Positions 56,501 through 64,000 of a stretch of 64,000 bases of DNA are shown here, one piece after another. The stretch spans positions 6,014,001 through 6,078,000 of the forward strand of contig OZ059894.1 of NCBI GenBank assembly GCA_964057225.1, in the 5' to 3' direction. The notes beneath the pieces were generated by a model, which saw only the letters and a list, made by a program, of their open reading frames with translations, was not told the DNA's origin and searched no databases. A program made the translations under genes and the position numbers. Within the stretch, counting starts at the first letter, position 1. Every line of letters starts with the position of its first letter. The DNA is from Auanema rhodensis. Lineage: Eukaryota > Animalia > Nematoda.

Positions 56501-59500
56501 ATTTATAGTCTTTCTAGTTTGTGTAATTATTTCTTTATCATAATCCCGCTTTATAGTTTGTTAGCTCACATTGAAAAGTTTTATTCACTATGTGTAGCTT
56601 TTTATCTTTTAATTCTATATATTTTCCTCTCACTTTCTACTCATTATATTCTTGTTGCAACTGGTCCTCAAAATGTCCGGACTTATATCTTTTCCGAATC
56701 AGCATTCAGCACTAAGGCAATACCCACGTTTTTGTTCTATTATTATTGATTATCGTAATTAATCTTTGCGTGCTTACTGACCACTCGTTGAAATCTCGTT
56801 TATAGTTTCTCTTCATTCCCTTCACTCCCATCCTTACTACACTTCAGAATAATAATTACATAAGAGTCTTTTCATTACCGTTTGATGCACAATCTGTCTC
56901 GTGTCTTTACATTCTTTTCATTCTCAGTGTTCATATTTTCTATTTCACTAATGACTGTGCCATTGCTTGTTCCCTTCCTCCTAGGGTTGAGAATGAGTCG
57001 CATAAGGCTCATTCACGTTTTGTTCATGTTCGGCATTGTGAAACCAACGAATTCTTTTCAATTCCTTCATTTTATACAAACCTGTGGCTGGTCTTCATTG
57101 CCTCATTGCTGATACGTGGACCTGGTTGTTAAATCCCAGCTGCATTTATTTTTAAGCGCATTCTATGGTTGTTTCTCTTCAAATTTCTTCTTTTTTGTTT
57201 GACCACTTTGATTTTGTTTCTTGTTTCTTGAAGTATTCAGTTGGATTATTTACACCTTGTTGCTATTACTTCAATCATCATCTTCGTTATATTCGAGATT
57301 GTTTGATAATAAAACAAGTAAATATGAGAGAATAATCGCACTCTAACTAATAAAGAGAAGAAGAAATATTGTAGGAAAGAGAAATAGTAAATGTAAGGTG
57401 TTGTCCGTAAGAAAACGAGTACAGTTATACGTCTATTCCTTCAGTTGTTCTCTCTTTTTGCGGCGCCTTCATGTCTTGGTAGATTAATTGATTCTGTCTA
57501 ATAACTCCTGCCAAGGTCAACTGCATGACAATCTACATTGTGTTAGTCTAAGGATTCCCATACATTTATTATGCCATCAGTATGCGCTTCACCTATTTTC
57601 TTCATTAGTTCTCAGATTTTTTTCGCTTCACTGAGTTTTACTCTACTTGTCAGCTCTTGTAACATCTCCTAAACATTTGCTCTATTGACCTATGCGTGTG
57701 TGAGCCGGCCTTAGTTCTAATATGTTTTCTTTTTTCGGCTTGAGCACAATTCAAAGTAGCTCAAGAGTAGCCCTCTCGAGTAGTGTCATATTTCCTATTA
57801 ATGGCACATATGTCTATTATTCGACCATATGTTTTTCATGATATTTCTTTTCTCCAAATATTCGTTTTCTTGCTCAAATTTTCTGATCATCAACCGGAAA
57901 GCGAGCATATCGGAGTAGCCAAGGATTCGGATAGATTTCAAGCAGGCTCTTCAGTCCGCAGATCAATTTTTGTTTGTATTTCATGTTCGTATACCACGCT
58001 AGATATATCAGCTCATCATCATTGTCCCTTGTTCTTCACTCATATTTTGCATTTGCGTTGATCTGCTGTCTTTTACTATCTGTCTAGCATCTAGCACATA
58101 AAATGCTTTATTTCCTGTATGTATATATCCTATTCTTTCTCTGATCACCCAGCATAGGCGACTCTTGAACATTTCTTCGATTGGCTTTTTGACCCCAGCT
58201 TCTTCTTATTGTGACAGATGGTACTTTCATAACTAATTAGTGCCACTGTTGCTCTCCAATCTCTACAAATCTCTGAATGACTTATCGCATTATGTAATTG
58301 TTTCCTCATTTCAGAACTACGGCTCATTCGCTAAAGGAAAGTGAGCTAATTTGGAGACGAACAGGCTCCAAGCCCTCAGAAGTTGCGACAGCCAAACAGC
58401 TTCACACAGCTGGAAATCGTGGATCGTGTTATTTACCGTCGAAAAGCCTAGGAACCACCTGGTCAGCAGTGAATTCTGAACTGAAACATCGTCAAAGAAT
58501 CGCTAAGGTTTGTGACCTTCTTCACTTTTCCTCCCACAGGGGAACTATTTCTTCTTTCTCTCTTACATAGTTGTATTGGTATGACCCCCACCTCTATATG
58601 ATTGTCATGGCGCTGTATTCAATGTATGAATATCCTTTTGTGAAGTTCGTTTTGCGCGAACACGAAACGTTTTCCAATCCTTTAGTAGCCGATTTTCCTC
58701 CAAGTTCGGCGATCATCCTAACTTGTATTCTTTCCATTTCACATTATTCATGAATTACAATTTATCTGGCATATTAAGAAGAGGAAAGTGAAAAGTTTAT
58801 TCACACGTATCAAAGACCTTATTAATTTCCTGTGTTTCTCTTAATTGTTTTCATTCTCTGATTTTCAATTTTGTTAATGTCATTTTTACCTCAAAGCGGA
58901 TTTGTTGTGACCTCAATAGGTAATTACACATAGCTCATAGTCCCAAACTGCCTGAATTGATTGAGGAAGTCTGTATGTTTATGATTTCCATACATGGGAA
59001 CAGCAGGGTGTTATTATTAGGTCGCTGCTAATTGCGGCTTTTCTGCGTGTAAGATTCTGTTCCACCTGGTATAATTCGTTTGTGACAGCTTATATATGTC
59101 ATGCTTATTGAAGCACAATTTCCTATTATTATATATATTATACAGCTTACAACTATGCATTTGTATAATATAACCTCTTTGAACACATGTGCCCTATTAA
59201 TGCTTAAGGCATCTCGAACAAATCCAGTTGAAATTCAACAGTTTCAGGTTCGGCAGCTGCCTCATCAAACAACAGAAAAGATGACTGTGGCTGGTGAGAG
59301 TCCGGTCACGGATTGTGCGAAGCCTTCAGAATATGCTCAACTAACTGAATTGGATACATTACGGCAGGATAATCTTCTAGGTATTATTTTTTTCAAACTA
59401 TTTTTTATATTTTTATTTCTCTAATAAGGTGGTCGTGATGAAGATAATGTTAGTGTAGCTGGAACCGTGTTTAATGAGCCATGGGATTCCAACGTATGGG

Positions 59501-62003
59501 AAAATCTATTAGATCTCGCTCATCATGGTGATGACAATACAGATAGACGTAAGATATTAGATTCATGTCTATTATAAAGTTTTATTTATAGGACTCACCG
59601 AGCCAATAATAGAAGAAGATTCCGATTCTGATATTACTGCTGGATCAACTCAAATGGCTGAATCAGATGATGAAAATGATGGTATGTGGCCATACAATGA
59701 TCTCGATCGTCGTCCCCTTCCCAGTGATAAAGTTTTAACTAAAGCGTGGGAGCAGTCTGATAGCCAGAGGTATTCTGAACAAAATTTTATCGCATTATCC
59801 TCTTTATTTTCAGTTGTCGATATGGTACTTTGGATAGTCGTGTGGGGGGTGATGCTTCTCTTTGCGGCACTATTCGTCGACCAATGAAAACAAATAGTCC
59901 ACCTAATTCAATGCTCTCGGTAGTTGAAGTTTTCGTAATTGTGTGGAAAAGTTTTTTTTGCAGCTTCCCAGGCCTGTATCACGATTTTCCCACGGTTTAC
60001 AGATGGGCTCATTAGACGATCTGCCCACATCAGTACCATATATGTCACCATTGATGAATGACCAAACTAAGCAGTCAAGTGCAAATTCAGGCCTTGTCAT
60101 TCAACATTATGTAGAAAGGTATTTAACAGCTGTTATTTTGCTTATGACATTAAATAATCTTTCAGATTAGCACAAGATAGCACCACCATATTCGGGGCAA
60201 CTTTACGCCGATTCATAGAATGCACGGTAGAAAGCGATGAACCTGATCCTAGTGTTGTTTTCCGAAATGTCCGGCAATTTTTAACGGGAATTAAAAACTA
60301 TTTGGTGAAGCATGGTGAAGGTGATCTTCATCAACTGATTGAAGAAGAAAGAAACCGTCTTAATGCAAACCAAATTTTGAGCATTGATGCTATATTAGAA
60401 GCAGTTTTACATAAGCTTTTACTAAGTAAGTTTCCGTTATATACGATTTCATTTTCTCGTAATGATCAACCTTAAACCAGCATTAGTCTCATTTTTCATC
60501 ATAATTTTTTTTCAGAACGTATCAAACCTCATTTGTACCATGTTATGGTTCGTGAACATTCAAGGACAGGCGCCCTGGAAGCTGTAACAACCAACATACG
60601 AGCTGTACGAAGTATCCCTTTATCCAACTTGCGTTTCAGCAATCCAAAATCGGTAGATAAAACTAGTGTCAAGCGATTTTCACCAATTTGGTTGTTTATT
60701 TCAGATTGTTGTTCCAACGAATAGTATCATGGAGCAGATTAAAGTATGTTTGAGGAAAATGCAAAATCATTATTCACCATTGAAGAAATATGAAAACTTG
60801 TTAAGGTCTGATTGTATATTATCAAGTGGTGTATTCATATTTTTTTAAGGGCTGTAAATCTTGTTATGCTTTCGCAAGACAATGATGTTGATGAAAACTC
60901 GGAAGCAACCACCAGATTACCACCTGCTGATGGTACATTTTTATTATCTTACCTTATATAACATATTTAAAATTATTTTCAGATCTAGTCAGGTGGTTTG
61001 TCTATATTCTTGCTCGAACTTCAACTGTTGGATGTGAAGTTGAGGCTTGGTACATGTGGGAGTTGCTTCCTCAGCATATGCTTACTCAAGGAGACGCTTC
61101 ATTTTATTTAACGTCATTGTTTTCTGCTGTTCATATTCTAAAAAGTATGGATGCTGTGAAGAAATTGTCCGAAAAAGATAGCAATATGGTAAACATGGAG
61201 TTATCTCGTCTTTGTCATTCTCCATCTGATACATCTACTGATGCTTTCTTACGAGTTGCTATTCCAGATGTTAATGCGGGTTGCATCAAGTAAGTTCTCT
61301 TCTTTTTTTTTAAATTTTTTTGCCTTACCGATAGTTCAGTTAAATAACAAACTTTACATTTGATTCATACTTTGCCCGGAACTCAAAATAAAGAACAACC
61401 ACTTTAGATATGAATCAGTAGTGATTGCGAAACAATTTTTCTTGTTACATTTAGTCAAAATAGATCGATTCTAAATCTAAATCGATTTTTTTTCTTCAAA
61501 TTTTTGATGAATAATTATTAATGAATCTGAGCAAAAGAGAATATTTCAAAGAAAATGTTTTTTCGTTATTACCATTCTGACTAATAGCATTTAATTAGCA
61601 TCAACCGTTTCACTATCTCTATCATCATAGATATTACTCATATTATGATTCATGTTTTCTTTTCATTTATCTTATTGTTTTTTTTCAGATACGCCACTTT
61701 CCCTGGTGTTCCGCAGATGACAACCTCAAAGTTATGCCGGGTGATTGCTCATCAACAAGGCATAACGAATCCTGAAGATTTCGGACTGTAAGCATTGTCT
61801 AAAAACTAAAAAATTTAAAACCATTGTCTTGCAGCTATCTGGTTTTGAATGGTTTTGAAACAGCGCTTCATTCATCTGATACCCCAGATGCCATTCGAGA
61901 TAAAATGCGAAATGATGGAAAGAACTTCTTGTTTGCATATAAACGACATGATGCTAAAATTGCCTGGCCAAGTCAGGTCTTATCCGGTCTTGCTCTCTGC
62001 TAG
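47569..62003 (+). CDS. rin-1: RIN-family Rab5 GEF / Ras-family effector (SH2, VPS9 and Ras-association domains)
   Basis: RIN-type SH2 (LLEKIIRSHSIWYLPHVGRPTATHML...GNFIVRS...LIAHYC...LPASI...LGQDFW), VPS9 (SPLKKYENLL...PADDLVRWFVYIL...EVEAWYMWELL...FYLTSL) and RA domain (FLRVAIP...TSKLCRVIA...NPEDFGLYLV...FAYKR). About 30 frame-consistent GT-AG exons. The first exon is less certain. Confidence 0.9.
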
Positions 62004-62814
62004 TTCGAAATTAGATTCTGATCAACAATTTGATCTCTTCTGTGCTTCAAAAAGTTTTTTCTTAAATGATTACTGGTGAAGAATAGTTCTAGTGAAGCTG
62101 GACTCTGTTTTCTTTTTTTTAATTGTTTTTAAGTTTCATTCAGCTTTCTTTTACGGGTGTTTTATTATTTCTCAACAACAACAGCATCAACAACTTGCAA
62201 CAGTGTGGTCACATATCTACATAGTAGCCATATACTTGTAAATTTTCCTCTTATCCTCGTATACATATTATATACATATAGATGTTGAGAGTAGATTTCT
62301 TGCACACAAATATATTCTTTCTGACTGTCTATTTTAGAAAGTTCTTGTATATTAATATCGCTAGAAGATTTTTATTGAAGTATGGACAATAAACATGCTA
62401 TTTATAATAATATGTGTTATATTGTTTGAAGTATGCTTTTTAAGCAATGCAACGGGTTTGAGCTTTTTGAATATGAAGACTAATAGAGGAATATGACGTA
62501 AAACTGGTCTCATAAGAAAGTTTGGATAGGATGTACCGTATAATCATACAGCCTTTTCGATGAATATTATATATATCCAAGAAATGAAGAAACGAATTTC
62601 ATATGGGATGAACATGAAAATCTACCACAACAATTGAAAACAGAAAAACATATGGAGTTGTCGAGTCTCAATTATTAATATATTCTGGGATATTTGTCTT
62701 CATCATATGGGCTACATTAAATATAAAGCATAATTTAAGTTATCAGAATGTTTTTTATATCTTTGATTTCAGAATTTTTAACTTGAGAACCTACAAAAAA
62801 GTTTGGAATTGGTT

Positions 62815-64000
62815 TTATGATTTGTTTGGATGTTCAATAGTAATTGTCAAAGGTATAGAAGGTTCAACCTTATTGCTTATCTTCTTTTCTTTTGGCATAA
62901 ATGGAATATATTGCACACAGCTCATCTGCAAATAAAATGTTTACGAATTGCCCAGAGTTCTTTTAATTACTTTATCCAGAATTCTCATAACAAACGGTGG
63001 ATAACTGTATGTATCATCATGTAAGTTACCCTCGTACACTTGTCCTCTAGATCGAAGACCTCTCTGTTCACGGGATGCACCTAGAATTTACGTTTAAATA
63101 ATTTATAACATTTGAAAGATAAAAAACCTCCAATTGTATTATCTAATATACATGCACACATGGCTCCAACAAACATTTGTAATGTTAAAAATACTGATAA
63201 TGTAGTATCAATCCAGTCAATTCCTATAAAAAATAATATGTTAAAAGTAATCGTTTATTTTTTTTTCAATAATTACCAGTATTAACAGGATTTCTTGTGA
63301 AATAACTTGGAACAATCATTCCAAACATCATAGAGAATCCAAATATTCCCATGTTTCTTGATAGAGACATGTCAACCTCAAGTATGATCATAACCTGATA
63401 CAATTAAAAAATTGACTTACGGACTGTAGACTGGATACCGCTACTCCTACGACCATGGCCATAGATGAAGCTAGAACTCCACCAACTAATGGATCAGGTA
63501 TGGTTGAGAGAATAGCTCCAACCTGTGAATCATTTATTTTGTTGAGTGGAGGGAAATATGTCAAAAACCTTAGTGCACAATCCAAGCACAATCAAGAATA
63601 ATCCAGCGATCACCATTGTCCATCGTGAAGCTACTCGTGTAACACCAATAACTCCGATATTTTCAGTATGAGTGGTCATTCCAACACCAGGGCCTAATAG
63701 ACCCGAAACAAATGATCCTAGACCTAAATCAAGCAAATTACATTAGATGTTCAAGTTAAATTTGATGAACCTTCAGCCATAATTCCACGGTTGATTGCGT
63801 GGCTAGGAGGAGCTCTTTCTTCTGAAACTTTAGCAGCCAAGTGGTAATCGCCAACTGATTCAAAAACACTTGTCATTGCTGATAACACATAAGCTATGAA
63901 CAAAGCACCACTGAATGATGGAGGACCGAATTTGCCTTAAAAAACATTGAAAGTTAGGTTTGTCATACATTTCAAACCTGGATATGGTAAAGCGAACCAG
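62815..64000 (-). CDS. SLC23 / nucleobase-ascorbate transporter (NAT/NCS2), 3' part; 5' end outside the window
   Basis: WFALPYPG...FESVGDY...HAINRGIMAEG...NAT signature ENIGVIGVTRVASR...IPDPLVGG...SRNMGIFGFS...LDNTIGGASREQRG. Confidence 0.93.

Overview
AT-rich eukaryotic DNA from a rhabditid-type nematode. It has UUUCAG/UUUAG-type acceptors, many 40-70 nt introns and C. elegans-like proteins; the species cannot be fixed from sequence alone. Most entries in the ORF track are spurious or single exons, so I spliced genes by hand. Left to right: (1) a GDE1-type glycerophosphodiesterase (+); (2) odr-2-like Ly-6 GPI-anchored protein (-), whose phase-compatible first exons lie 7-16 kb upstream and probably explain the 'empty' 8-24 kb region; (3) an orphan secreted protein (-); (4) a secreted Cys-repeat/Asn-rich protein (-); (5) sds-22 (-); (6) a ~560 bp foldback in which the sds-22 promoter and first codons are duplicated in inverted orientation around a TTAA-flanked MITE-like core, pointing at a 65-aa single-TM orphan gene (+); (7) the fused isocitrate lyase/malate synthase icl-1 (-, 27 introns); (8) a Thr/Glu-rich secreted protein (+); (9) a 2-TM protein (+); (10) rin-1 (SH2-VPS9-RA, +); (11) the 3' part of an SLC23 transporter (-). 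The most notable observations are two modal-length introns that appear to end in TG and CG instead of AG, the promoter-duplicating foldback next to an orphan gene, a competing acceptor at the ICL/MS junction that would give an ICL-only product, and clustered HNF4-like motifs upstream of icl-1.
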